Assembly (NCBI GenBank): GCA_963760795.1
Contig: CAVXEP010000033.1
Location: 32,001 to 96,000, forward strand
Source: an uncultured delta proteobacterium
Lineage (GTDB): Bacteria > Desulfobacterota > Binatia > UBA9968
Length of the DNA: 64,000 bases
Reading direction: 5' to 3'
Position 1 is the stretch's first letter, and each line of letters starts with the position of its first letter. Shown piece after piece: positions 10,343 to 21,027 of the stretch. The position numbers were made by a program, and so were the translations under genes. The notes beneath the pieces were generated by a model. The model was not told where the DNA came from. It did no database searches and worked only from the letters and a program-made list of their open reading frames with translations.

Positions 10343-11480
10343 TTAGTTTGCCAGCCCATACAACGCGGCGGCATTTTCGCGCAGCACTTTCTGTTTTACC
10401 TCCGCCGGCAGATGCGCCGAATCCTTTTCGATCACTTCTTTGGAGAACGGCCAGGTGCTGTCCGGGTGCGGATAGTCCGAGCCCCACATGATATGGCCGT
10501 CGCCGAAGAAGTCGACCAGGTGAAGGCCGACCAAGTCGGTTTGATAGGTGGCCCAGACTTGGCGCTTGAAGATTTCGCTCGGCATGTTCTTGAGCGGTAT
10601 CTCGGCGGCCTTGCGGCGCTCGAACTGGCGTTTGTAGCGGTAGTCCATTTCCTGGACGACGAAGGGTATCCAGCCAATGGCCGATTCGGCGAGGCAGAAT
10701 TTTAGTTTGGGATGGCGTTCCAGGGTGCCGAAGTTGAACATGTTGACGAAGGGATTGAAGAACGACGTGGCGCCGTTGCTCAACCCCATGTCGAAAACGC
10801 CCTGACGCTCGCCGGGTTTGATCGAGTCGATGGTCGCGCGCACCGTGCCGGACTGCGTGCTGCCGCCAACGTGATACGACACGACGATGCCGGCGTCCTC
10901 GGCGGCGGCCCAGAAAATATCCCAGGGCTTTAGATTCATTTCCAGAGTGACGTCGTTGACTAAGAAGTTGGCTTCTTTAAAGCCCAGCTTGGCGACGCGG
11001 ATCACTTCGTCGCGCGCCGCCGCGGCGTCGCAGCTGGACAGCATGGCGACGGGGAAAAAGCGCTTCGGTGCAGTCTTGCCAAACTCCGCTGCCCAATCGT
11101 TGTACGCGCGCACGCAGGCATCGCGTAGTTCCGGCGCGCCCACTTGCATGGCGATGATCGGCGGAAACATTAACGACGCCTCGACGCCGTCGCGGTCCAT
11201 GTCAATAAGCCGCTTGGCGGTGGTGGTCGGGCGGTGCGCTTCGCCGACACCACCGCGGTCGAGCGCGAGTCTGGTGCGATTTTCTCTGGCGAACCAGCGT
11301 TCGCCGCGGTAATCGGCCCAGGTCTCACCATCGCACACCCAGTATTCGCCTTTATCGCCGCGGTCTTCGACATGGGGCGCGCGCTCGCGCAAGGCGGCAG
11401 GGCAAGCGTTCGGTCCATAAATCGCGCGGCAAATATCCTAAATCGATATGATCGTCGGCGGAAATCATCATGTAAGTCAT
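10343..11480 (-). CDS. Amidohydrolase_2 family protein, frameshift near 11400
   Basis: N-terminus MTYMMISADDHIDL from 11480; RAYNDW, SYHVG, WGSDYPHPDSTWP. Confidence 0.9.
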
Positions 11481-11965
11481 ATTAATCTCCTCTTGGTTTT
11501 CGCGGGTTCGGTCTTTTTTCGAATCGCGCTGATTCTTACGCCAAGGTTGGCCCGTGTCAAGCTGTACCCGCGCTGATTACGCGGAGCAACGGGGACTCTG
11601 CGTCTCGGTGCGCGCTGGATAGCGCGAAACCCGCAAGCGCCGCAGCGGGCTGCTGTCATCGCGTGAATTCGCAAGCGCGGCTTGCGCTTTTGCTCTGCGG
11701 CATTGACAGCAACGATCATTTGACGCAGCCGGGTGAAGTCTTTCTTCGACCTAAATTGAGCGGCGACGCTGCCGGTTGCGAGGGTGATTTTTTCGTGCGA
11801 GGCCGGCGGGAAATATCGCAGCGCCCAAGGGTCTTAACCCCGACTTCACGATGATAGAGGAATTCACATTTTGGCAGCAAGAGTGTCGGTGAATTCCTGA
11901 CAAAAAGGGCGGCGCCCAAAACCCTGAACTGCGAAAACCGTCACTAAATCAAAGACTACAAAACT

Positions 11966-11981
11966 TGGTATCCCACTTGCA
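11966..11981 (+). promoter_or_regulatory. Sigma-54 (-24/-12) promoter
   Basis: TGGTATCCCACTTGCA has correct GG/GC spacing versus TGGCACG-N4-TTGCW; about 80 bp upstream of 12060. Confidence 0.6.
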
Positions 11982-12059
11982 TTTTAAATCATATAGAAGC
12001 CTGGAGGGTCAAATTAGGCATGGAGGAAAATCGCCGTAATAATAAAAGGAGGAAAATTT

Positions 12060-12386
12060 ATGTACATAAAAAGTCTTAGTTTGGTTTTTGGTCTGGCGAT
12101 TTCATTGTTAACGCCAAATGCGTTTGCCCTGGATCGCACCGGGCGCGAGTCGATCGAAACCTTCGATCCGTCGGCTCTGCCTGACCGATCCATCGTCATT
12201 CTTAAAACCGAAGAAAGCGATGCCCCCGGCTACATGCACACAAAATTCGCATTGGTTGATCATCGCTGCGGCGCGGTACTCGTTGACCATTACGGCCCGC
12301 CGGTTAAGGAAAACGACAAGGAGTTGAAGGAAGCAGAGCAGCGGATGTGCACGCAAATCGCGACTAACTCTCGCGATGGCGAATAG
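12060..12386 (+). CDS. Hypothetical secreted protein (108 aa, two Cys)
   Basis: Strong RBS AAAAGGAGG; signal peptide ending NAFA. Confidence 0.75.
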   Translation: MYIKSLSLVFGLAISLLTPNAFALDRTGRESIETFDPSALPDRSIVILKTEESDAPGYMHTKFALVDHRCGAVLVDHYGPPVKENDKELKEAEQRMCTQIATNSRDGE

Positions 12387-12537
12387 CGATAGAGTTCGAA
12401 CCTGGCCCTCCAGGCTTGGTTTTTAATCAAATATCGCGGGAAATAATTTCACTCGGAAAAGACGCGGATCTCCGATAATTTTACGGCGTGGGGGCGCGGT
12501 GGCCAGCGCAGATAACTCTGTTGGGTTACCGGTGCGA

Positions 12538-13677
12538 TTATGAACTCACCTCGAAGCCGTACAGCCTTGCCGTGTTTTGACAAAGAATTTTTTCTTGGTC
12601 TGCCGCGCTGACAGCATGAAAATCTGCGGCGATTTTTTCCCGCGACTTGGGCCAGAAGGTCGCACTGTGGGGAAAGTCGGAGGACCAGAGAATGTTTTCC
12701 ACGCCGATTTTTTCGCGCAGGGCGATGCCGAAGGTGTCGTCGATGAAGGTGGCGTAGAGCTGGCGGCGGAAATAATCGCTCGGCTTGAGCGTCAGCTTGG
12801 TGGCGAAGGGCGTGCCGCGGAAACGGATGCCGCGGTGATCGAAGCGCTCGTCGATGCGGTGCAGAAAAAAAGGCAGCCAGCCGCAATTCAACTCCGCCGA
12901 AACTACCTTGAGCGCGGGAAAGCGCTCGAGCACGCCGGATATGATCAACGTCGAAAAGGTTTGCTCAACTTCATGAGAATTGATCGCTTGGGCAATGGTA
13001 CGCTTCTTCGAGTTGGAGTCCCAGTCGACCCACTTGAAGCCGGCGAACTCATGGAGGCTGAGCGGCATCTTGAGTTCCTGCGCCGCTGCCCAAAACGGGT
13101 CGTAGCAGTCCGAGTGAAACGGCAGCTCCTCCGGCGGCGAGGCCCAAATCACCGCGCCGGCGAGCCCTTTTTTTGCACACTCGGCCAAGTCCTTGGCGGC
13201 TTGCTGCGGATCGTAGAGTGAGATCAGCGCCAGCCCTTTCAAGCGTTTGGGCGAGTGGGCGCAAAACTCGGCCAACCAATCGTTGTAGACCTGAAAGCAA
13301 GCGCGCTGAAAGCCCGCGTCCTTGATCCAAAACATGCGAAAACCAAGCGTCGTGTAGAGGACGTCGCCGGTGACGCCGTCCTGGTCCATGTCCTGCAAGC
13401 GCTGCGCCGGGTCCCAGCCGCCGCGATGGGCGCCGGCATAGGAGAAGCCTTCCAGCAGTTTTTGCAGTTCTTCCGTCGACTTGTTGGCGCCGAAACCCAA
13501 GATCACGTTGTGTGGCTGGCGATCTGGTTCGATATGCCACCAGGCGCCGGGCTGGCCCTGATATTTTGTCTCCATGTGCGGCGCGATGGCGCGATACTTT
13601 TGCGGCAGCCGTTCCTGCCATAAATTCAACGGTTCGCTGACATGGGAATCGGCATCGAGCAAAATAGTGTCCGCCAT
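12538..13677 (-). CDS. Amidohydrolase_2 family protein
   Basis: LDADSHVSEP, VYNDWL, LSLHE, WSSDFPH. Confidence 0.92.
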   Translation of the reverse strand: MADTILLDADSHVSEPLNLWQERLPQKYRAIAPHMETKYQGQPGAWWHIEPDRQPHNVILGFGANKSTEELQKLLEGFSYAGAHRGGWDPAQRLQDMDQDGVTGDVLYTTLGFRMFWIKDAGFQRACFQVYNDWLAEFCAHSPKRLKGLALISLYDPQQAAKDLAECAKKGLAGAVIWASPPEELPFHSDCYDPFWAAAQELKMPLSLHEFAGFKWVDWDSNSKKRTIAQAINSHEVEQTFSTLIISGVLERFPALKVVSAELNCGWLPFFLHRIDERFDHRGIRFRGTPFATKLTLKPSDYFRRQLYATFIDDTFGIALREKIGVENILWSSDFPHSATFWPKSREKIAADFHAVSAADQEKILCQNTARLYGFEVSS

Positions 13678-14119
13678 GGTCTGCTCCTCTAGATAAGTCT
13701 TTAATCTACCTTCGCGTTAATTGTTATCATCCTGGCAATTGGCTCAGGCGGCGTGCGCCGGAATCTGCCGGCGGCACAAGGCGAAGATCTGTTCCAAGTC
13801 GTGTGCCGCCGCCTGTGTGTCGAATACCTCGCGGTCAGAAACCGTAGCTTTGCGACTGCTTCTTCCCGCACGGTTCCGTTCTTCTGCGAATTGAGCCTGC
13901 ATACCGCGCCGCAGCATTGGCGGCACCAGCATTCGTATACGTCCATTTTGCCGCTGGCGCAAACCAGACGGCCGGGTAAAAATCACGCGCGTTGAGCGCC
14001 TATCTAATGACTAAAATAAGTTTCACCGATTGGTACTGTCAAACCGGATGAAGACTGCGGTGCGGCAGGTCGCTGATATGACGACCGTCGTTTACGCGAC
14101 ATTGGGGCGGGCCTGCAGC

Positions 14120-14227
14120 GCAGACCACCCGCACGCGCAGAAAAGTCCAGACCGATAATTCTAGGATCTGAGCCTGCTCGATGAGATCCGCAAGACGGGA
14201 TTCCTCGAACAATTGCAGAAAAGTTGA
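14120..14227 (+). pseudogene. Relic C-terminus of an NMT1-type substrate-binding protein
   Basis: DLSLLDEIRKTGFLEQLQKS* matches the D-x-S-x-L-x-E-L-x-x-x-G-F tail of intact SBPs here; preceded by an in-frame TAG. Confidence 0.55.
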
Positions 14228-14255
14228 TTATGCCGGTGTCTAGGTATTTTTCGGA

Positions 14256-15260
14256 TTATTTCTTCCAGAGCGCCTCGATGAAGCCGCTCTTTTCCAGCTC
14301 TTGCAAGAAACTTGAGTCAATGACCGACGTCGGATCGAAGCTGGCTGCGCGCGGGTTGCGCAGGGCTTCGACTTTGAGCAGAAACTCGATGCCTTTGAGC
14401 GGCACGTAGGGAATTTTTTCTTGCAGGCGCGCCGGCGAGTCGAGCACTGCGCTGATCGCTTCGGGATCGTTGGTGCGGGTAAATTCGGCGGCGACTTTGA
14501 AGGCGAATTCACGGTTCTCTTTAAAAAACTTGAGTCCCTCGACAAAGCCTTTGACCAACCGCAGCGCGCTGTCGCGATGGTTGCGCACATAAGATTTGGT
14601 CGTGCCGATGCAGCTCGCCGGATTGTACAGGCCGGCTTTATTGACGTCGAGAATTTCGCTGAAGCTGGCTTTCTCGGCAAAACCGTCATGGGGCGCGCGG
14701 AATATCGCTGCGTCGATGACACCGTTACTAAGGCCGACGAGCCGCTCGGCGCCGCTGCCGGCGGCGATGAAGGTGACATCGCGCTCGGGATTGAGGCCCC
14801 GTTCTCTAAACACGTAGCGCAGAATGCCGTCGTCGATGGTTCCGAGCCTTGTCAGACCGACGCGTTTGCCTTTGAGGCCGGCGATGCTGGCGATTTTTGC
14901 GTTGGCAAAAAGTCGGCCGTAGGCATAGGTGGTGGCGCACGCCAACAAGACCGTATCCGCGCCGGCAACCGCCGCCACCACCATCGGCGCGGCGCCGACC
15001 ATGCTGACCGGCACGTTGCCGGAGATCATCGCGGTGGTTAGCAACGAACTGCCCGAGAGCAAAACCAAGTCGACATCGTGACCGTATTTTTTAAAAGAGC
15101 CGGCGCGGCGCATTACCTCTACGGTGATTCCCGCGCCGGGCGTGGGATAGCCCATGACGAGCTTCTGCGCCTTCTGCGCTTGCACCGCGCCGGGTGAATA
15201 CACCGCGACGTTGAATACGGCAATCAGTGCGACAATGAATAAGCGGCGTAGTCGGTTCAC
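14256..15260 (-). CDS. ABC substrate-binding protein, NMT1/SsuA family (orphan)
   Basis: GTG at 15260 overlaps the upstream stop; signal peptide, LKGKRVG, IDSSFLQELEKSGF. Confidence 0.88.
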   Translation of the reverse strand: MNRLRRLFIVALIAVFNVAVYSPGAVQAQKAQKLVMGYPTPGAGITVEVMRRAGSFKKYGHDVDLVLLSGSSLLTTAMISGNVPVSMVGAAPMVVAAVAGADTVLLACATTYAYGRLFANAKIASIAGLKGKRVGLTRLGTIDDGILRYVFRERGLNPERDVTFIAAGSGAERLVGLSNGVIDAAIFRAPHDGFAEKASFSEILDVNKAGLYNPASCIGTTKSYVRNHRDSALRLVKGFVEGLKFFKENREFAFKVAAEFTRTNDPEAISAVLDSPARLQEKIPYVPLKGIEFLLKVEALRNPRAASFDPTSVIDSSFLQELEKSGFIEALWKK

Positions 15261-16042
15261 TGGCCGTCCTGAAATAGTGCCAGCCGATTGCCGTCCGGAT
15301 CGCGCAGGAGAAATTGTTCTTTGCTGCTGTCTTCCCAATCAGGCGCGCTTGCCACGGTGGCGCCCAGGCGCTCTGCCGATGCTAACATTTTGGCTTGATC
15401 GACCAAGCGAAAGCCGAGACAGTGAAAGCCCTCGGCGCTGGTCGAGTCGCGCGGCAATAAGAGCAACTGGGTGCGGCCGTCGGTGAGGGTAAACTTGCCA
15501 TTCTCTTGGCGCAAAACTTTCATGCCGAATGCGACTTGATAAAATTGCGCCAATGCGGCCGGTAGCGCCGCGCCGATCACCAGCCGATTGATCTCCGAGG
15601 CGACTTCGACTTCGAGGGCTCGGAGTTTCTCGGCGGACACCGGCTTATAGCCGCGCTCGGATAGATCAATGCGGTTGCCTTCGAGATCGTGGGCGCGCCA
15701 TTCAGTGAAAGTTCGGCCGGCCGGACGCTTGGCGATGTCGGCGGTGGCGCCAGCGTGTTTCAGCCTGCCTGCGATATTTTCCAAACTATCGATCTGAAAG
15801 CCGAAGTGATCGAAGCCTTTGGCCTGCGGCTCGCCGACTTCGTCGATGCGTAAGGTTTCCGGGTCGACGCCGCGCCAAGGATTGAGCGCGAGCAAGACAT
15901 GCCCGTCCCAAAGTTGCACGGCGCCGCCGACGTGGACGATCTTCATATTGAACGCGTCGCGGTAGAAGGGCGCGAGGTCGCGCGGGTTTCTCGTAAACAG
16001 CGCGACGTGGACGATGCGCGCCGATGCGGCTTGATTATTCAT
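15257..16042 (-). CDS. Two-domain VOC family protein
   Basis: IVHVAL, GFDHFGFQI, HDLEGNRIDL, LRDPDGNRL. Confidence 0.88.
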   Translation of the reverse strand: MNNQAASARIVHVALFTRNPRDLAPFYRDAFNMKIVHVGGAVQLWDGHVLLALNPWRGVDPETLRIDEVGEPQAKGFDHFGFQIDSLENIAGRLKHAGATADIAKRPAGRTFTEWRAHDLEGNRIDLSERGYKPVSAEKLRALEVEVASEINRLVIGAALPAALAQFYQVAFGMKVLRQENGKFTLTDGRTQLLLLPRDSTSAEGFHCLGFRLVDQAKMLASAERLGATVASAPDWEDSSKEQFLLRDPDGNRLALFQDGQ

Positions 16043-16072
16043 GCGAGTCTCCTGTGAATGAACTTAGATTTA

Positions 16073-17030
16073 TTAACGTGTCTTCAGTGACGCGGCGGCT
16101 TCACTAACCGGCGACCAATCGACGATCCTGTCGGCCGGAATATTCGCCGGAACGTCGGCCATCGTCAGAGCTGTGGCCAGCCCCTTGTCGGAAGGGATGC
16201 CGTTATCGGGCCAGAGATCTTTGATCACGTCAAAGGTTTTCCTCGTCATGTCGAGGTCCGGCAGGCCGACGAACTGTTTGAGCAAGCGGCAGGACTTCTT
16301 CGCGATGGCTCTTGGTGTAAGCGATGCCTTTGAGCGCGGCGGTCAGAACTCTTTTGACTTCGTCAGGTTTTTCGCGCATGCGTTCGTCGTGGGCGATCAG
16401 ACCGAGCAGGGGAAACTCGGCTACGTCTTTCATGTAAGCGAGCGGCCGAAAGCCGTCTTTCTCCATGAACAAATCGTAGGGCACGCTCAACATCGCCGCG
16501 TCGATGGTGCCGGCTTTGAGCGCGAGAGCACGGCTTGGCATCTCGCCCAGATTGATCATGTTGACGCTTTTGGCGTCGACTCTGTAGTGCTCAAGAATTT
16601 TCAAAAACTGCCGGTGCACGGTGCCGCCCGGCTGGCTGATGGCGACGCCGCGGCCGCGCAGCGCGCCGGGCGTGGCGATGTCGCGTTTTGCGACCAGCAC
16701 ATGATGCGAGCGCACCGCGAAGATCATGATCACTTTGGCCGCCAGACCATTGGCGATCGCAGTCATCGATGAGCCGAGCGGCGTGATGTAGGAGATATGG
16801 CGCGACGCCAGCGCGCCTAGCGAGGCGCGCACCGACATGGTCACGGGCAATAGCTCGATGCCCTGCTCCTGAAAGATGCCTTTCTTCCAAGCGACGTAGA
16901 GGGGAAACCAGGTGACGGTGTTGGTCGGCACGCCGATGTGAATCTGGGTCAATTTTTGCGCCGCCACCGGCGCGGCATAAATGAGCGCGCTGACGAGCAG
17001 TAGCGCGAAGATTGTCTTGCGGCGGGCCAC
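16073..17030 (-). CDS. ABC substrate-binding protein, NMT1/SsuA family, frameshift near 16290
   Basis: Signal peptide, LRGRGVA, GTIDAAML; C-terminus in ORF 16073..16285. Confidence 0.85.
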
Positions 17031-17038
17031 GAACGGTG

Positions 17039-17836
17039 TTATGCCTCGGAAAAGTCGAGCACGACGCCGTCGGGATCTGAGGTCGCGTACTGGCCGATCT
17101 TGCAGCCGTCCATGTCGCGCTGGGTGAGATGGCCGAAGATGCCGCCGGCGATGTCTCTTGGCGCTGACGCCGGCGCTGAAACCGCTAGCGCTGCGAGATC
17201 CTTTTTTGTCTGTTCAATGCTCTCGACCTGGTAACCGATGTGATCGAGGCCTTGGCGCATGCTCATGTACGAGTTGTCATTGGTCGGCTGGATCAGCAGA
17301 CGCACCTTGCCGTCGCTCAAACAAACCGTTTCACCCAAGGGCGGTTCTTTGACCTCGAAGAGCTCGAATACTTCTTGGTAGAAATTGGCCACCGCCGCCG
17401 GCTCATGGGCGCGGATGACGACATGGTTGAATTGCCGCGCTTGCTCCCAGCCGGCTTCTTTGTAGCCTTCTCTGACCTTGGGGTCGGTGCGCTCGGAAAT
17501 ATCGAACTGGGCGCCGGCCGGATCATGGCTGCGAAACAGCGCGAAGGGAACTTTCTCCAGCCCTTTGGTAATGATCGCTTGGGGGTAATGCTTTTTTATG
17601 CGCTGGCGGGCGCTGTCGACATCGTCGACTTCGAAGCCGAAATGATCCAGCCCCGCGGGAATCCCGGGTCGCCTGGCTAACACGGCGAGGCCGATCAAAC
17701 CATCGCTGATGTGACCGCGATTGTTTTCGGTCACCGCGCTGGTGATCCGTTTCATGCCGAGGATTTTCTCGTAAAACGCGATCGCGTTCTGGGGATTCTG
17801 GGTGTAAATCGCGGCGTGTTTAATCTGTGCAAACAT
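17039..17836 (-). CDS. Two-domain VOC family protein
   Basis: IKHAAI, GLDHFGFEV, HDPAG, FNHVVI, GLDHIGY, SDPDGV. Confidence 0.88.
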   Translation of the reverse strand: MFAQIKHAAIYTQNPQNAIAFYEKILGMKRITSAVTENNRGHISDGLIGLAVLARRPGIPAGLDHFGFEVDDVDSARQRIKKHYPQAIITKGLEKVPFALFRSHDPAGAQFDISERTDPKVREGYKEAGWEQARQFNHVVIRAHEPAAVANFYQEVFELFEVKEPPLGETVCLSDGKVRLLIQPTNDNSYMSMRQGLDHIGYQVESIEQTKKDLAALAVSAPASAPRDIAGGIFGHLTQRDMDGCKIGQYATSDPDGVVLDFSEA

Positions 17837-17852
17837 AGCAAACTCCGTTTTC

Positions 17853-18875
17853 TCACCGGCCGTAAAAGCGCCGGGCGTTGTCGCCGAGGATCGCGGTCTT
17901 GTGTTCTTTCTTGAGATCGTCGCGCTCCAGCACTTCGTCGATTTCCTCCATGCAGTTACTCATGGAGATTTCATGGGGGAAGTCCGAGGCGAACATGAAT
18001 GGTTTCGAACCGACTCGATCGATGGCGTAGGCGAGCGCCTTCTCATTGCCTTCGCAGCCGACGAAGATGCGGTCGTCTTTGAAATAATCGATCGGATGGC
18101 GCTTGAGTTTCAAGCCGCCGTATTCGAGCTCGCGCTCGAGCCGGTCGATGACCAGCGGTATCCACGCCGTGCCGCCTTCCATGAAGCCAACACGTAACTT
18201 GGGAAAGCGGTCGAACACGCCGTCGACCATCATGCCGGTCATGGCGATGGCGAGGGGAAAGGGCATGCCGAGCGCGCGGGTCGCGGGAAAAACCGTGTAG
18301 CTATTGAAGCCCAAATTGATGTAGCTGCCGCCATGCACCGCCATGACACAGTTGAGTTTCTCCGCCTCTTGGTAGATCGGCCAGTACTCCTCGTGGCTGA
18401 CATGGCGGGTGAGACCGTTGGATGGAATCATCGCGCCCATGAAGCCCAACTCTTTGACCGAGCGGCGCAGCTCGCTGACGGCGTCGGGAACATTTTGCAT
18501 CGGGATCAGCGAAACGGCTTGAAATTTGTCGCTGCGCTTCAGATAGCGCGCGTGAATGTAATCGTTATACGCCTGGGCATAGGCCAGCGCCCAAGTCGGG
18601 TAAGCGACGTTGCCGTAGGCCAAGCCCGCGGTCGGGTAGAGCACCGTGTATTCGGTGCCGGTCTTCTCTAGGAATTGCAGCCATTGCTCCGGACCGGTGT
18701 TGGGATCGAAAGTGCCCGGCGTGCGCGGCGTGCCGTCGGCCGGCGTGTGAAAGTTGTCCAGGCTCGGTATCCAATTTCTGGTGCCGCGGTTGTTGTAAGG
18801 CGCCTTGACGAAAGTCAGGATGTCTTCGGCATTCTCCATGACATGGCCGTCGGCATCGACGTAGTTATTGGACAT
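17853..18875 (-). CDS. Amidohydrolase_2 family protein
   Basis: VDADGHVME, VLYPT, AYNDY, AVHG, FASDFPH. Confidence 0.92.
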   Translation of the reverse strand: MSNNYVDADGHVMENAEDILTFVKAPYNNRGTRNWIPSLDNFHTPADGTPRTPGTFDPNTGPEQWLQFLEKTGTEYTVLYPTAGLAYGNVAYPTWALAYAQAYNDYIHARYLKRSDKFQAVSLIPMQNVPDAVSELRRSVKELGFMGAMIPSNGLTRHVSHEEYWPIYQEAEKLNCVMAVHGGSYINLGFNSYTVFPATRALGMPFPLAIAMTGMMVDGVFDRFPKLRVGFMEGGTAWIPLVIDRLERELEYGGLKLKRHPIDYFKDDRIFVGCEGNEKALAYAIDRVGSKPFMFASDFPHEISMSNCMEEIDEVLERDDLKKEHKTAILGDNARRFYGR

Positions 18876-19103
18876 AAATCCTCCTTTTTTTTAGAAGCGA
18901 CTGGAGACAGTGATCTGGGAAACGACCCTCTGCCCTTTAGTCGCTAACTCTGTTTATATGGCGACTGAGATCAGGGCGTCAAGTCGAAGACGCGGCGGCG
19001 CTATCGAAAAGTTCTCAGGGACTGCTAAGATGGCTTGTAGCCGGCGTTTTTCCCGGCAAGGCGGTTCGATCTTCCAGCGTTTCCGATTAAGGAGGGCCAC
19101 AGA

Positions 19104-19730
19104 ATGAAAACCTCGTCACTAAATTGCGCCGCGAGTTTGCTTATCGGGCTTCTGGTTGCCGGCTGTTCAACGACGACGCCGATCGTTATCAGTGAATGGC
19201 GCAATCCGACCTATGCTTCGGCTTCGTTCTCAAGGATCATGATCGGCGGTTTGGGTGGAGATGTCAGCACGCGGCGCAACTTCGAAGATGAATTCATTTT
19301 CCAGCTGCGTGCTGCCGGCGCTGATGGCGTGGCGAGCTACCGCTACCTCCCCGAAGGCAGCGATGCCGATGAGAATAGGCTCAGAGATGCCGCGCGCAAG
19401 GCCGGCGTGGATGCGCTGATATTGACGCGCTTGGTCAGGGTCGAGGAGATGACGCAATACAGTGGCTCCTTTGCCCCGCCGATTTCATTCGGTGTCTACG
19501 GTTCCAATGTCGGCGCCAGTTGGTCCGGCCTCGGCGGGGCGCCGAGCGCTTACCGTGTCAATGAGTACACTGCGGAAACGGCGCTGCACGATATCGCCAA
19601 GAACGAGGTTGTCTGGAGCGTCACGACCAAAACCAGCGAGACCGACGGCGGGCGAACCGCGATCAAAAGCACCGTCGAAGCGGTGGTAAAGTCGCTCGCC
19701 GAGAAAAATCTGTTGCGCAGGCAGCAGTGA
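19104..19730 (+). CDS. Hypothetical lipoprotein (possibly DUF4136-like)
   Basis: RBS AAGGAGG, lipobox LVAGC, RRNFED motif. Confidence 0.8.
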   Translation: MKTSSLNCAASLLIGLLVAGCSTTTPIVISEWRNPTYASASFSRIMIGGLGGDVSTRRNFEDEFIFQLRAAGADGVASYRYLPEGSDADENRLRDAARKAGVDALILTRLVRVEEMTQYSGSFAPPISFGVYGSNVGASWSGLGGAPSAYRVNEYTAETALHDIAKNEVVWSVTTKTSETDGGRTAIKSTVEAVVKSLAEKNLLRRQQ

Positions 19731-19788
19731 GCGGGAAAGGATTTACCGCAGAGGCCTAACGCGGCAAAAGCGTGACCGAAGAGCAGAA

Positions 19789-19858
19789 TGGCCGCAAAGA
19801 ACGCAAAGGGCGCAAAAAAGCATCCGGATTCATAAGGGCGGGTTTGAAACCCGCCCTC
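19789..19858. repeat. Composite repeat: three CGCAAA 9-mers plus GGGCGGGTTTGAAACCCGCCC hairpin
   Basis: GGCCGCAAA GAACGCAAA GGGCGCAAA then a near-perfect hairpin; reverse-oriented homologue of 10224-10300. Confidence 0.7.
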
Positions 19859-20856
19859 AAATTTGCTCAAGCCGCATAAACTTCAACGATAGGAGACGTC
19901 AAACGGCCCATGTTGACTAAATAGATAAACTCTTCCAGCGCACTGCTCGAATGGATAATTTCCAGGTCTTTGAGCACCGCTAGTCCAGCTAATAACAACG
20001 TCCCGGAATTCGCGTAATTCGAAATTTGCCAGTCTTATCCCCATCCGCTCTCGTCTGGTTGTTCGAAGTCTTTCAAATCCGCGTCCGCAGGCGCTCAATA
20101 TTTCCCTCCCATAATATTTCGCTTGCTCCGGTTTCATCTACCTGGCTCAGCACATCGATTACGCCTTCGTGATCAGAAAAGACCGATTGAAAAGCGCAAG
20201 CCCGTGGTCGACTCGAGTCAATTGCGGACCTTGGAACTGACTAGCATCAAATCCAAGCTGTTGCCGCGACCGCTTCATCTGCGTGTTCACAATTCCTTCG
20301 GCATCTTTCTCTGTGAGTTGAGGCTTACTCATGTAGAGTATTGCCCGGAAGGCTATGCGCCGGCAACTATTTTGATCAGCAGTCCAAGATCCGACACCGC
20401 ATGAGAAGAACATAGGGGCGCGTTACCGACGATTACCGCCTGTGTGAGAGAAAAAATCAAAGGTAAAGAAGAAAATTCTTTTCACGGGAAACGTCTTCGC
20501 CTACTTGACTTGCCGGCTAATGGGAGACCCAAACCCTCACCCCAACCCTACTGCACGATCACGCTCGGCGCAGGGCGCGCCGGCGCAGCGAATCGATCTA
20601 TTCAAACGTTTTAACAGCCACGTAAGCGGTCTCTGATGTTTGTAATGCATCTTTTATTAAAGAACTCAGAGATTGATGCAGTGTGCGGACGACACGCTCG
20701 TTAACAGTTCACGGGGAACGAAAGATGCGGCAGCGTATCTATTCGTATACAGCCAAAGCCATACCCTGCGCGTCATTCAATACACACTCGTCGTTTTTGC
20801 TCGATTTTCTTTCCATAGTCGCAGGAATTCGGGCGAACGCGTTGACGTGAGGCTCA

Positions 20857-20872
20857 TGGCACGGTGGTTGCT
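20857..20872 (+). promoter_or_regulatory. Sigma-54 (-24/-12) promoter
   Basis: TGGCACGGTGGTTGCT is a perfect match to TGGCACG-N4-TTGCW, about 155 bp upstream of 21028. Confidence 0.8.
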
Positions 20873-21027
20873 GTGTTCAAGAAACAAGAAGGATACTTTC
20901 AGCATGGTGACAAGAGGTTACACACACATGGCGAATTGTTCTTGTAACAGGGTGGCGGTTATAGCTCCCGTCAGAGAAGCGGGTGTTTAGATTTCCTATA
21001 CAACATACTTCTTCCTAGGAGGTTACC

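Noticed and set aside
12391-12420. GTTCGAACC followed by a short stem; possible tRNA fragment or att site
   Set aside because: No T-stem/acceptor pairing or CCA end, and no integrase; more likely a weak hairpin.
13701-13995. Overlapping 80-aa ORFs in the gap upstream of an amidohydrolase
   Set aside because: No RBS or recognisable motif; cannot be supported as genes.
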